Positions 16,512-25,272 of a stretch of DNA of 27,457 bases are shown here, piece by piece (the first letter of the stretch is position 1; each line of letters opens with the position of its first letter). Under the pieces are notes generated by a model. It was not told the DNA's origin. It did not search any database and saw only the letters and a list, made by a program, of their open reading frames with translations. Made by a program: the position numbers and the translations under genes. Origin of the DNA: Candidatus Woesearchaeota archaeon (lineage in GTDB: Archaea; Nanobdellota; Nanobdellia; Pacearchaeales; GW2011-AR1); assembly GCA_964598985.1 (NCBI GenBank), contig CAZRDP010000001.1, positions 99,730 to 127,186 on the forward strand. The letters are read 5' to 3'.

Positions 16512-16997
16512 ATGAAAAGAAAACATAAAAATTATTCGCGACCGAAAAGACCTTTTGACAAAACAAGAATTGAAGAAGAAAAAGTTATAGTAAAAGAATA
16601 CGGACTGAAAAATAAAAGAGAAATATGGAAAGCTGAAGCAAAAGTAAAACTTATAAGAGAAAGAGCAAAAAAAATGGTTTCGGCGAAAGAAGAAGACAGA
16701 AAAGAATTTTTTAAAAGATTAAATGAAATGGGAATAAAAGTAAACTCCATTGCTGACGTGCTTTCGTTGACAAAAGAAGACTGGTTGAAAAGAAGGTTGC
16801 AAACTGTCGTCGTCAAAAAAGAACTCGCGAAAACTCCAAAAGAATCGCGACAAATGATAACACACAAAAAAATTCTTGTTGATGGGAAAGCTGTTAACAT
16901 TCCGTCATACATCGTCCCTGTGGAATTTGAAGAAAAAATTTCTGTAAAGCGTGTAAACCCTAAAGCAAAAAAAATAGAAGGAAAACAAAATGCCTAA
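16512..16997 (+). CDS. rps4: 30S ribosomal protein S4
   Basis: YGLKNKREIW, RRLQTVV, RQMITH..I.V.G...NIPSYIV. Confidence 0.95.
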   Translation: MKRKHKNYSRPKRPFDKTRIEEEKVIVKEYGLKNKREIWKAEAKVKLIRERAKKMVSAKEEDRKEFFKRLNEMGIKVNSIADVLSLTKEDWLKRRLQTVVVKKELAKTPKESRQMITHKKILVDGKAVNIPSYIVPVEFEEKISVKRVNPKAKKIEGKQNA

Positions 16998-17478
16998 GAG
17001 TGAAACAAAAGAAATCACCGACGAGAAAATTGATATTTCTGAAGATGGCGAAGAAATACAAGCTGAAATCAAGGAAGAAAAAATTTTGAAACCGAAGAAA
17101 GAAAAAGAAACGGAATCTATAGTTCACATTTATACTTCTTTCAACAATACAATTGTCCACGTTACGGATATGTCCGGAAGAACCATTGCAAAAGTTACAG
17201 GAGGAATGGTAACAAAACATTCACGTCTTAAAGCTAATCCGACAATTGCGATGTTTATTGCAAAACGCGTCAGTGAAGCGATGAAAGAAAAAGGTATAAA
17301 ATCAATTTATGTCAGAATAAGAGCTAAAACAGGAAATCCGACTCCTGGACCGGGAGCAAATGCCGTCGTCAAAAGTTTAACAAAAGAAGGATTCAAGATA
17401 CTCAACATATTAGACACAACAAGAATTCCGAGAGGCGGTCCTAAAAAGAAAGGAGGCAGAAGAGGAAGACGGCCTTAA
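16990..17478 (+). CDS. rps11: 30S ribosomal protein S11 with a charged N-terminal extension
   Basis: HIYTSFNNTIVHVTD, PGPGA, DTTRIPRGG, GGRRGRR. Confidence 0.95.
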   Translation: MPKSETKEITDEKIDISEDGEEIQAEIKEEKILKPKKEKETESIVHIYTSFNNTIVHVTDMSGRTIAKVTGGMVTKHSRLKANPTIAMFIAKRVSEAMKEKGIKSIYVRIRAKTGNPTPGPGANAVVKSLTKEGFKILNILDTTRIPRGGPKKKGGRRGRRP

Positions 17479-17513
17479 GTAAACTTATTAAATTAAAAAA
17501 ATAATAAAATAAA

Positions 17514-18221
17514 ATGGAAAAAATAAATGAAAAAGAAAGTAAAATTGTGTTCAGAGCGGAAATTGAAGACAGCCTTGCCAACGCAATAAGAAGGTCCATT
17601 TTCTTAATTCCCGTCGCTGCTGTCGATGAAGTTGAAATTTCAAAAAATGATTCGCCTTTGTACGACGAAACGATTGCACACAGAATAGGTCTTATCCCTA
17701 TAAAACACAGCGCAAAAAAAGAAGGGAAATTAAAATTGAAATCAAGCAGAGAAGGTTTTGTTTATTCAGGGGACATGGAAGGAGATGTGAAAGTTGTTTA
17801 TGATAAAATTCCAATTACTCTTTTGAGCAAAGGACAGGAAATAGAATTAACAGCGACGACAAAATTAGGAAAGGCATCTGAACACTCAAAATTTTTGCCC
17901 GGATTATTTGTTTACAGAATTGCTTATGAATTAATAGTTGATAAAGATGTTGCGGAAAAAGTTAAACAAATTGCGCCGTATGCTGAAGTAAATATTAAGG
18001 GAAATAAAGCAGTAATTTTGGATAATAAAGAAAGAGAGGTTGCTGATATTTGCGAGGGTATTTGCGATAAGGAAGGAAAGGAGATGGAGGTTAAACCCAC
18101 GAAAGAATTGGTTATAACAATTGAATCGTTCGGGCAGATTGGAGTTAAAGATATTTTTACAAAAGCAGTTGATGCTTTGAAGAATGAACTTAATGAGTTT
18201 TCTAAAAAGTTAAGCAAATAA
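17514..18221 (+). CDS. rpoD: DNA-directed RNA polymerase subunit D (Rpo3)
   Basis: LANAIRR, NDSPLYDETIAHRIGLIP, LLSKGQEI, G...EHSKF.PG, IESFGQ. Confidence 0.94.
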   Translation: MEKINEKESKIVFRAEIEDSLANAIRRSIFLIPVAAVDEVEISKNDSPLYDETIAHRIGLIPIKHSAKKEGKLKLKSSREGFVYSGDMEGDVKVVYDKIPITLLSKGQEIELTATTKLGKASEHSKFLPGLFVYRIAYELIVDKDVAEKVKQIAPYAEVNIKGNKAVILDNKEREVADICEGICDKEGKEMEVKPTKELVITIESFGQIGVKDIFTKAVDALKNELNEFSKKLSK

Positions 18222-18223
18222 GG

Positions 18224-18317
18224 TATTTCAGTTTAGAAATTTTGCAAAAAAAATATGTTTTCACGACGAGGAATTTTCATGAGTTATTTCAGCACGAAAA
18301 TTTTGCAAAAAAAATAT
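18224..18317. repeat. Two-copy direct repeat (61-bp period) containing the palindrome TTTTGCAAAA
   Basis: aaattttgcaaaaaaaatat at 18237-18256 and 18298-18317, each preceded by tatttcag. Confidence 0.85.
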
Positions 18318-18348
18318 CCTCACAACAAAATGAAGGAGGATATTTTTT
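18309..18348. terminator. Bidirectional terminator-like hairpin between rpoD and the island
   Basis: 13-bp stem aaaaaatatcctc/gaggatatttttt with a 14-nt loop. Confidence 0.65.
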
Positions 18349-18352
18349 AAGG

Positions 18353-18631
18353 TTATTTACATACTAATTCTCCGGGATAAATCAATAGTTTACCGAAAAT
18401 ACCAATGCAAAGAACTACTGCCTGGATTACTGCTGAAAGGACATGAGCATCTTGAGATAATTTTTCACCTTCTTTGCAAAAACTAATGCCGTGATCATCA
18501 TCTAAAAAAATAAACGAAGAAATTATGTAAAAAAGAACTGCATAATCTAACCTCCAAAAAAGTCCTAGAGGTATATAGATTATTGAAAGAATTCCCAAAC
18601 ATACCCAATTATTGCTTAATATTGTTTTCAT
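18353..18631 (-). CDS. Small membrane protein (about 3 TM)
   Basis: 92 aa hydrophobic ORF with an AT-rich leader like those of neighbouring island genes. Confidence 0.6.
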   Translation of the reverse strand: MKTILSNNWVCLGILSIIYIPLGLFWRLDYAVLFYIISSFIFLDDDHGISFCKEGEKLSQDAHVLSAVIQAVVLCIGIFGKLLIYPGELVCK

Positions 18632-18674
18632 AACTTTAAATTTTAGAGATTAATATTATTTGATTATATGTTGT

Positions 18675-18690
18675 TTCGTTTTAAAACGAA
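18675..18690. promoter_or_regulatory. Perfect 16-bp palindrome (candidate operator)
   Basis: ttcgttttaaaacgaa, in the position equivalent to the inverted repeat in modules 19283 and 20308. Confidence 0.45.
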
Positions 18691-18710
18691 TTATTATTTT
18701 CGTAAGAAAA

Positions 18711-18732
18711 GAAAACCTCCGAAGAGGTTTTC
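18711..18732 (-). terminator. Intrinsic terminator-like hairpin
   Basis: gaaaacctc-cgaa-gaggttttc, followed by a T-rich tract on the minus strand. Confidence 0.7.
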
Positions 18733-18752
18733 GAAAGTTTTACATTGACTTT

Positions 18753-19247
18753 TTAATTCCGGTTATTCTGAATCATTTTTACAAATCTTTCATAATCGGT
18801 TTCTCCGGCAGATTTCAGGTTGTTTTCAGTCGCAGATTTTAACGATGTTTTTGTTGCAGACCCGTGACCACAATTGGAAACAAACCCAGACAATTCAAGT
18901 TCAACATTATCACCGTCCATATAATCGCGTTTTTTATTTACCTCTCCGGTAAATTTGAAATTAATCGGGCTGGTGAAAAATTCAATTTTGAAATGATTCC
19001 CGTCAATTTCGGACATCGGTCCAAACTGGCTGTAACCGCTTCCGTCGGAAAAGGAAAAGTTTCCGTACAAATTTTCTCCGTTTTGTTCAACGTTCCGGAA
19101 GTGAAAATTAAAAGTTTGGTCGCTCAAAACAAAGCTTCCAGAAAAATCTCCTTCAAGAGGCAGAACGGAATCTTCTTTTTCGCACGAAGTGAAAATAGCT
19201 GTTGAAAAAACAACCGCAATAATTGAAAATAAAACACGTGTTTTCAT
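18753..19247 (-). CDS. Bacteroidota-type lipoprotein
   Basis: Signal peptide II MKTRVLFSIIAVVFSTAIFTS-C followed by the acidic tract EKED. Confidence 0.75.
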   Translation of the reverse strand: MKTRVLFSIIAVVFSTAIFTSCEKEDSVLPLEGDFSGSFVLSDQTFNFHFRNVEQNGENLYGNFSFSDGSGYSQFGPMSEIDGNHFKIEFFTSPINFKFTGEVNKKRDYMDGDNVELELSGFVSNCGHGSATKTSLKSATENNLKSAGETDYERFVKMIQNNRN

Positions 19248-19282
19248 AATGTAAATTTTTAATAGTTAAAAATAATTTACTT

Positions 19283-19383
19283 ATTGATTGACCATTATAT
19301 ATTGACCTTGCTACAAAAATTTGTGCAGGATGTGAATTTTCGTAAGAAAAAACTCCTTCAAAAAAGAAGGAGTTTTGAAATGT
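19283..19383 (-). repeat. About 100-bp intergenic module M1 (terminator + inverted repeat + ttgacc direct repeats)
   Basis: First 49 bp identical to 20308-20356; hairpin aaaactccttc/gaaggagtttt at 19349-19376. Confidence 0.92.
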
Positions 19384-19398
19384 AGTAGGTGAATGTTA

Positions 19399-20271
19399 CT
19401 ATTCATCTTCTTTTTCCATTGCTGGAGATGATTCCGCCATCTTCATTGGAAGGTCCCCTACAATTAATGTCGGAGAAATGCCTTTTTCAGTGATAATGAT
19501 CTTTGTATTGTCTTCGAGAGACGCCTGAAGAACCTCCCATTGCTTAAGGATTTGGGAGTTTCCGGTGAAAGTTTTGTTAACAAGTTCAAATGCTTTTGCT
19601 TTTCCCTGGGCCTCTAAGATTCTTGATTGTTTCTCCCCCTCCGCTATTTTGATAGCAGCCCTTCTTTTCCCATCTGCTTCTGTTTCAGCAGCAGTGGCAA
19701 AATCTCTTGCGGCGTCTTTTTCATTCTCTGCCTTAATCACTTTATTCATTGTCTCCTGAACATCACTTGGAGGGTTAATCTCCTTTAATTCAACACGAAC
19801 AATGTTGACCCCCCAGCTTTCGGTTTCTCCATCCATTGTTTTGGCAAGTTTTTTGTTTAAATCATTCCGTTTGGAATTAACATCTCGGAACGGCATATCG
19901 CCAATCACATTTCTCGCGGTTGTCTGAGCTAATACAATAATTTGATCTTCCACATCATTTACATTGTATAGCGCATTCTTCAGGTTTTCTTCATCTCCTT
20001 TGATTTTATAAAAAACCACCAGGTCAACTTTAGCATTGAGATTATCTTTAGTGATAATCTCTTGAGGATCAACATTCGCCATTCTCTCGGTGACATTCAT
20101 TTTAATCATTCTTTGAATAAACAAAAAGATAAAATGAATGCCCGGATTTGCAAACTTAGAGTATTTCCCTAAAGTTTCGATGGCGGCTCTTTGCGTTGGT
20201 CTAACAACCCGGATTCCTACTATTAAATAAAATCCGAGTACCGACAATAAAATAATTAATGTTAAATTCAT
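19399..20271 (-). CDS. SPFH/band-7 (stomatin/prohibitin-like) membrane protein
   Basis: N-terminal TM, ETLGKY...PG, QEIITKDN...VD.VVFYKI, RNVIG, RVELKEI.PP, coiled coil. Confidence 0.9.
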   Translation of the reverse strand: MNLTLIILLSVLGFYLIVGIRVVRPTQRAAIETLGKYSKFANPGIHFIFLFIQRMIKMNVTERMANVDPQEIITKDNLNAKVDLVVFYKIKGDEENLKNALYNVNDVEDQIIVLAQTTARNVIGDMPFRDVNSKRNDLNKKLAKTMDGETESWGVNIVRVELKEINPPSDVQETMNKVIKAENEKDAARDFATAAETEADGKRRAAIKIAEGEKQSRILEAQGKAKAFELVNKTFTGNSQILKQWEVLQASLEDNTKIIITEKGISPTLIVGDLPMKMAESSPAMEKEDE

Positions 20272-20307
20272 AACTTTAAAATTTAATCGTTAATACTAAA
20301 AATAAAA

Positions 20308-20407
20308 ATTGATTGACCATTATATATTGACCTTGCTACAAAAATTTGTGCAGGATATGAATTTTCAAAGAAAAAACTCCTTCAAAAGTGAAGGAGTTTT
20401 TTGAATG
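20308..20407 (-). repeat. About 100-bp intergenic module M2
   Basis: Near-identical to M1; 14-bp stem aaaaaactccttca/tgaaggagtttttt at 20371-20402. Confidence 0.92.
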
Positions 20408-20435
20408 TTAAATTATTAAATTGTTAATTTCGGAA

Positions 20436-21032
20436 TCACCATCGGGGTAATTCCCATCGGTTTTCATCGTATACAAAAATTTGTTTTCCTATCCAAATGG
20501 CATATGTCGGAGTCCCGTAATTCTTCACTTTGTTGATTGCAACATTTTCACCGTCCTCTGATTCAATAATCTGGTATGGATATTCAACAGACAATTGACT
20601 TCCACTCTCAAATTTCCAGACCAGCGACGGGAATTTGAATTCCGAAGAATATTCGTATAAATTACGATGCTCTTCATCGGTTGCGTAACAACATTCCTTT
20701 AATCTCAAAAGGATAATTGTTTCTGAATACACCGGCTCATAAATTTTATCCTTTTCAAGAGGTTTCATGAAGAAATCATTATCTCCTCCGGGAACTTCCA
20801 TGTAATACGTATCCAGGAAATCCTTTGCATACCCCTGAACAGAAACTTGAGGAATTTCTTCCACAATTTCAACTGGCACAGGTGTTTTATGCCAGGGCCA
20901 TTTGAACTGCAAATCAGGATTAACCATTAAGATTGTGACAAAAACAACAGGGGCAACCCCCAGTGATATGGTGGCTACAATTAAAACCCGTCTCCAAACA
21001 GAGAATTTTTCTTTTTTTTCATTTTGTGTCAT
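20436..21032 (-). CDS. Hypothetical protein with an N-terminal TM anchor
   Basis: 198 aa, one hydrophobic segment, AGGA 8 nt before the ATG. Confidence 0.7.
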   Translation of the reverse strand: MTQNEKKEKFSVWRRVLIVATISLGVAPVVFVTILMVNPDLQFKWPWHKTPVPVEIVEEIPQVSVQGYAKDFLDTYYMEVPGGDNDFFMKPLEKDKIYEPVYSETIILLRLKECCYATDEEHRNLYEYSSEFKFPSLVWKFESGSQLSVEYPYQIIESEDGENVAINKVKNYGTPTYAIWIGKQIFVYDENRWELPRW

Positions 21033-21040
21033 AATACACG

Positions 21041-21065
21041 TCCTTTCTTTATTTTAAGTTAAAGT
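21041..21065 (-). repeat. 25-bp stop/RBS junction repeat, copy 1 (copy 2 at 21628-21652)
   Basis: tcctttctttattttaagttaaagt is identical at both gene junctions. Confidence 0.9.
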
Positions 21066-21619
21066 AAAAATCCTATAGAAAATCCGGCTGTACCAATATC
21101 CCATTTATCATCTGCATCGCTGTCAATGTTTACCTTGGAATATTTTGCCTCAATATACAATTCTACTCCCCTAAAAAGGGAAATTGAATAACCGATTCTT
21201 CCCTCAATGCCAATTCCATTTTTTGAAGAAGTTTCGGTTACGGACTGACTATTTCTAATTATTTCCTCATCCAATACAATGGAAACAAATACAGGTGCTG
21301 CACCGATGTAAAAGTTTGCGGGATGATAGTCAAACCAGATTGCAAGTTCGTGATAACCTAAGTCTTCTGTTTCACTCAAAGTTTTCCAATGCGAGGAAGC
21401 AAAAAGTGATGCGGTGAGATTCTTTTGAACTTCAAGCCCATAACTTACTTCCAATCCCAACATTGCACCTACATCTTCGATTCTGGAATTATTGAAAGAC
21501 CGTTCAGAGAAACCTACTTTTACAAATTTATCTTTTTTCTCAGAACTCGTTGAATCCTGCGCTTTAATTTCTACTGAAAAAATAAGCGCGATAAACGTAA
21601 TTAAAATTAAATTTTTCAT
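21059..21619 (-). CDS. Signal-peptide protein with outer-membrane beta-barrel-like pattern
   Basis: SPI ending IKA-Q; alternating amphipathic strands (GLEVSYG, GIEGRIGYSI, LYIEAKYS, AGFSIGFLL). Confidence 0.65.
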   Translation of the reverse strand: MKNLILITFIALIFSVEIKAQDSTSSEKKDKFVKVGFSERSFNNSRIEDVGAMLGLEVSYGLEVQKNLTASLFASSHWKTLSETEDLGYHELAIWFDYHPANFYIGAAPVFVSIVLDEEIIRNSQSVTETSSKNGIGIEGRIGYSISLFRGVELYIEAKYSKVNIDSDADDKWDIGTAGFSIGFLL

Positions 21620-21651
21620 TTTAATTTTCCTTTCTTTATTTTAAGTTAAAG

Positions 21652-24018
21652 TTACTCCACAATTATTTTTTGTGAAAAAGAGCTTTTGTCTGCAATAAAT
21701 TGCAGCAGATACATCCCGGGTTTAATTTCCGGCAAAGAGAATTCAAAATAGGACGGCACATTTTCAGATTCAGATATTACCTGCCCGCTTAAAGAAGTCA
21801 TCCTAAAAGAAAGTTTATTTGAATTATGACAAATGAACAAAACTTCATTCACGGGATTCGGATAAACCTGAACTGAATTCAGCGAACCATCTATTTCTAT
21901 TCCGTTAACCGAAGAATTCTGAATGATTACTGCTGAAACATTTATTTCCCCCGATGAAACGAAAATCGTGGCAATCCTTGAACTCTCAGAATCATTGCGT
22001 GTAAATGTTGCAGTTATGGTGTCGTCATAAATTCCTTCAAAAGGATTTACGGTTAACCATTCAGCGTCGTCGGATATTTCCCAACCGGAATTGGAATTAA
22101 TGCTCAAAAAAATACTCCCTGCATCCGGAGGCACTTCCTGATAATCCGGCGTGATATACAGAGTTACAGCATCAGGTTCTGATTGAGTTAAAGTTACGGT
22201 TTCTGATACTCCGGAACCCGACGCTGTAATGTTAGCAGTGCGGGAATTTGTTGAAGAATTTGCATCATAAGAAACACTTATTGTACTGCCGTCGACTTTT
22301 GTTGCAGTCAACCAGGATGCATCATCGGAAACTGACCACACGACATTTGATGAAACTTCGAACGTTGCTGTTCCTGATGAAGAATTTACTGTTTTGCTGT
22401 TCGGAGAAACATTAATATAAAATGTCCCATTTTGAACAACCGTTACAACTTCGGATAAACCTCCGGTCCCATTCACTGTAATATTTGAAATGCGGGAATT
22501 TGTTGAAGTATTCTCGTTGTAATTTATTGTAATCGTGTAATCGTCGACTTTTGTTGCAGTCAACCAGGATGCATCGTCGGAAACATCCCAATAAACATTG
22601 GCACTTACATTAAATGAATTTGTTCCCGAAGACGAATTTACCTCCCGGGTATTCGGAGATACATCAAGATAAGCTTCAGAACCTGATTGAATCAAACTGA
22701 CGTTTTCAGAAACTCCGGAACCTGATGCACTTATATGGCCTGTTCTGGAATTCGAATATGGATTTTCGTCGTAAGTCACAGTTATTGTGCTTTCGTTTGT
22801 TTTCGTTGCAGTCAGCCAGGATACATCGTCGGAAACCGACCACACTACATTTGAATTTACATTGTAAGTAGTCGTGCCTGGTGATGAACCGACAGTTTTA
22901 CTGTTTGGATTCACGTCGAGATATAATGCAATCCCCGATTGAGTTAGTGTAACTGTTTCGAATATTCCCCCTGATGAAGCGGTTATATTCGCTGTTCTCG
23001 AAGACGTTGAAGAATTCTCGTTGTAACTTACAGTTATTGTGCCGCCGTCGGTTTTTGTTGCGGTTAACCATGATGCATCGTCAGAAACATTCCAGCTAAC
23101 ATTTGAACTTATATTAAAATAAGAGGTTCCCGAAGACGAATTTACTTCAAGGTTGTTTGGAGATACATCAATGGAAGGTGATGCTCCTGCTTGTTGCACA
23201 ATAACCGTTTCAGACAAGTAACTTGTATAAGCAGTTATATTGGCTCTACGTGAACTTGTTGAAGTATTCTCATTGTAACTTACAGTTATTGTGCCGCCGT
23301 CGGTTTTTGTTGCAGTTAACCATGATGCATCGTCGGAAACATCCCAGCTAACATTCGTATGTACTTCAAATACCCCTAATCCGGGTTGTGCACTTACAAT
23401 GGGAAGACCATCAGGGTCTACATCGAGATAAGAGTATTGAAAAGTTAACTTGGGTTTGTAAGTTGAACTTCCTTCTTTTGTATAAAAGAAACATGCATTC
23501 CCATCAGGAGTAATTTCTCCATCAATTATTCCAAACGGACTTAAGCCAAACCCGTGGTTTGAACGCCCCTCTTCTAACCATTGCTTAACTATTGGAGTCA
23601 TATTAATAGATAAACTGGTTCCTCCTGTTCCGGCAAAAAAATATTGATCGAAAAAGGAAGTATTAGGAGCATTATTCCACGTTACCGAACTCTCAGACCA
23701 AGATTGAGTAATTCTGAAAACCTCCCCCACGACACGTTCGACAGGAATTCCGGGATAATAGTATAGTTTTAATTCGGCACTATGCACGTGAACCTGCCCC
23801 GTGAAAGAACCAAGGTCAAATTTAAAAATTGGAGCGCATGCCCTCCCATCAGGTTCCAAACCAAGAGGAACTAAAGCATCATTTCCCCAATTAGATGAAG
23901 GAGCGGCTTCACTTAAAAATGCATCTGCGACAAGTGTGGCTACCCTCGTACTTTGGGAGATACAATTATTGAAAATTAAATTTCCAATAAATACTGAAAT
24001 TAAAATTAAATTTTTCAT
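21652..24018 (-). CDS. Secreted protein: DNRLRE-like domain + 6 BACON repeats + T9SS (Por) C-terminal sorting domain
   Basis: ADAFLSE...NWG...FKFDL...SAELKLY; six W.(V/I)SDD..WLT repeats; C-terminus VYPNPV..VLFI...SGQVI...GMYLLQ...QKIIVE. Confidence 0.85.
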   Translation of the reverse strand: MKNLILISVFIGNLIFNNCISQSTRVATLVADAFLSEAAPSSNWGNDALVPLGLEPDGRACAPIFKFDLGSFTGQVHVHSAELKLYYYPGIPVERVVGEVFRITQSWSESSVTWNNAPNTSFFDQYFFAGTGGTSLSINMTPIVKQWLEEGRSNHGFGLSPFGIIDGEITPDGNACFFYTKEGSSTYKPKLTFQYSYLDVDPDGLPIVSAQPGLGVFEVHTNVSWDVSDDASWLTATKTDGGTITVSYNENTSTSSRRANITAYTSYLSETVIVQQAGASPSIDVSPNNLEVNSSSGTSYFNISSNVSWNVSDDASWLTATKTDGGTITVSYNENSSTSSRTANITASSGGIFETVTLTQSGIALYLDVNPNSKTVGSSPGTTTYNVNSNVVWSVSDDVSWLTATKTNESTITVTYDENPYSNSRTGHISASGSGVSENVSLIQSGSEAYLDVSPNTREVNSSSGTNSFNVSANVYWDVSDDASWLTATKVDDYTITINYNENTSTNSRISNITVNGTGGLSEVVTVVQNGTFYINVSPNSKTVNSSSGTATFEVSSNVVWSVSDDASWLTATKVDGSTISVSYDANSSTNSRTANITASGSGVSETVTLTQSEPDAVTLYITPDYQEVPPDAGSIFLSINSNSGWEISDDAEWLTVNPFEGIYDDTITATFTRNDSESSRIATIFVSSGEINVSAVIIQNSSVNGIEIDGSLNSVQVYPNPVNEVLFICHNSNKLSFRMTSLSGQVISESENVPSYFEFSLPEIKPGMYLLQFIADKSSFSQKIIVE

Positions 24019-24036
24019 GATATAAAGTTTAGATTA

Positions 24037-24699
24037 TTAATTAGAACAAATTTTAATATTAATATCGTGCGGAGCAGTTTCGTGTCCGCCGAAGTAAGGA
24101 GATTCAAGCAAGGCGTGAACTTTTGCATTCGGAGTTTTTTGTTTGCTGATTGTAATTTCTGCAAATTCAAATGTATTCAGGTTTTGAACATAAAAATAAA
24201 AACCTTCTTCATTCAAATCTTCCACTATGCAAAATATTTCATCGCCAATTTTTACATCTGATAATAAAATTTTCTGGATGTGCCCGGATATGTCGGGTAA
24301 ATGGACAATGCAACCTACATCAATTTGATTTTCCGAAGGACAGCGCCATGTAATTCTCGCCGAGTATTTTAAAATATTTTTGGCGAGGATTTCTCCGTGG
24401 TTGCCGCAGACAATTCCGCGAATTTTATTGTGCCCGTTTACAAATTCCGCATCAGGATTGTAAAACATTGAACCGTCAACGGTAAAAGTAAAAGAAACTT
24501 TTAAGCCGTATCTTTGCAAATGCAAAATTTGAAATTCCTCCGGATTAAATCCTTCAGAATAATGTTGTCCGGATTTTATTAGATAATTATTGCATTCGCC
24601 AACTTCGGGCAAATCCGGAAATTTTTCACATGCAGGAAATAAAATTACAAAAAGAAAAGCGCCCAAAGAGAGCACTTTTCTAAGAAATAAATTTTTCAT
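24037..24699 (-). CDS. Bacteroidota-type lipoprotein, beta-sandwich-like
   Basis: Lipobox LFPA-C-EK; YLIKSGQHYS, SARITWR and PYFGGHETAPHDI recall an uncharacterised Bacteroidota family (from memory, not searched). Confidence 0.7.
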   Translation of the reverse strand: MKNLFLRKVLSLGAFLFVILFPACEKFPDLPEVGECNNYLIKSGQHYSEGFNPEEFQILHLQRYGLKVSFTFTVDGSMFYNPDAEFVNGHNKIRGIVCGNHGEILAKNILKYSARITWRCPSENQIDVGCIVHLPDISGHIQKILLSDVKIGDEIFCIVEDLNEEGFYFYVQNLNTFEFAEITISKQKTPNAKVHALLESPYFGGHETAPHDINIKICSN

Positions 24700-24708
24700 T
24701 TTGGATTT

Positions 24709-25269
24709 TTAAAATCTGTAAGAAAAACCTATTCGGTTCTCGTAATAAATCTCCCCTTCACGACGGGAATTTTTGCAGATGCTCTGATAAGCAACAAGAT
24801 TAACAGATGATCTTTTTTGTTTGCATCCAGATAATTCAGACCCGTGGCCGCGCCAGGAAAATAATTGAATACTTTCACGAAGGTAAATCGCTGCGGAGAA
24901 ATCACCTTCTTCAGGACCAGCATCCAAATCAGCCCCAAGCTTTCCGCCGACGCGAAAATCAATTCCGGACTTTTCACGGAACAGTGGAATCCTTAAAAAA
25001 AGAAAATCCGCGCCAGTTAGCAGGTTCATCCAATCGGTGTAATGTTGATAAGATAAAACCATATTAACTCTTGAATTTATTTCGCCGGAAAAACCAAGTT
25101 CCCAATTTCCCAGAAAATTTGGATTTGGATCAAGAGTTGATTCCAGTTCAATATACGGCCAAGCAGGTCCGACATTTTTATATCGGAATTCTTTTTTGGC
25201 AGGATACTGCGCATTTATTTCAATTGATGAAATTAGCGCAAGAATTAAAAAAACAATTTTTGTTTTCAT
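24709..25269 (-). CDS. Signal-peptide protein, outer-membrane beta-barrel-like
   Basis: SPI ending INA-Q; amphipathic strands; C-terminal IGFSYRF matches the aromatic-x-Phe beta-signal pattern. Confidence 0.7.
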   Translation of the reverse strand: MKTKIVFLILALISSIEINAQYPAKKEFRYKNVGPAWPYIELESTLDPNPNFLGNWELGFSGEINSRVNMVLSYQHYTDWMNLLTGADFLFLRIPLFREKSGIDFRVGGKLGADLDAGPEEGDFSAAIYLRESIQLFSWRGHGSELSGCKQKRSSVNLVAYQSICKNSRREGEIYYENRIGFSYRF

Positions 25270-25272
25270 AAT

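Noticed and set aside
14852-18217. Minus-strand ORFs within the ribosomal/RNAP cluster
   Set aside because: Antisense shadows of universal genes.
16990-18221. S11 N-terminal charged extension, and RpoD with only a CEGIC remnant of the Fe-S motif
   Set aside because: Both are real, but such extensions and cluster loss vary widely among archaea; no evidence of novelty.
18224-18317. CRISPR mini-array
   Set aside because: Only two imperfect AT-rich units and no cas genes.
22200-23360. Regularly spaced DNA repeats as a CRISPR array or a DGR TR/VR pair
   Set aside because: They are in-frame 252-bp BACON coding repeats, and the differences are not adenine-specific.
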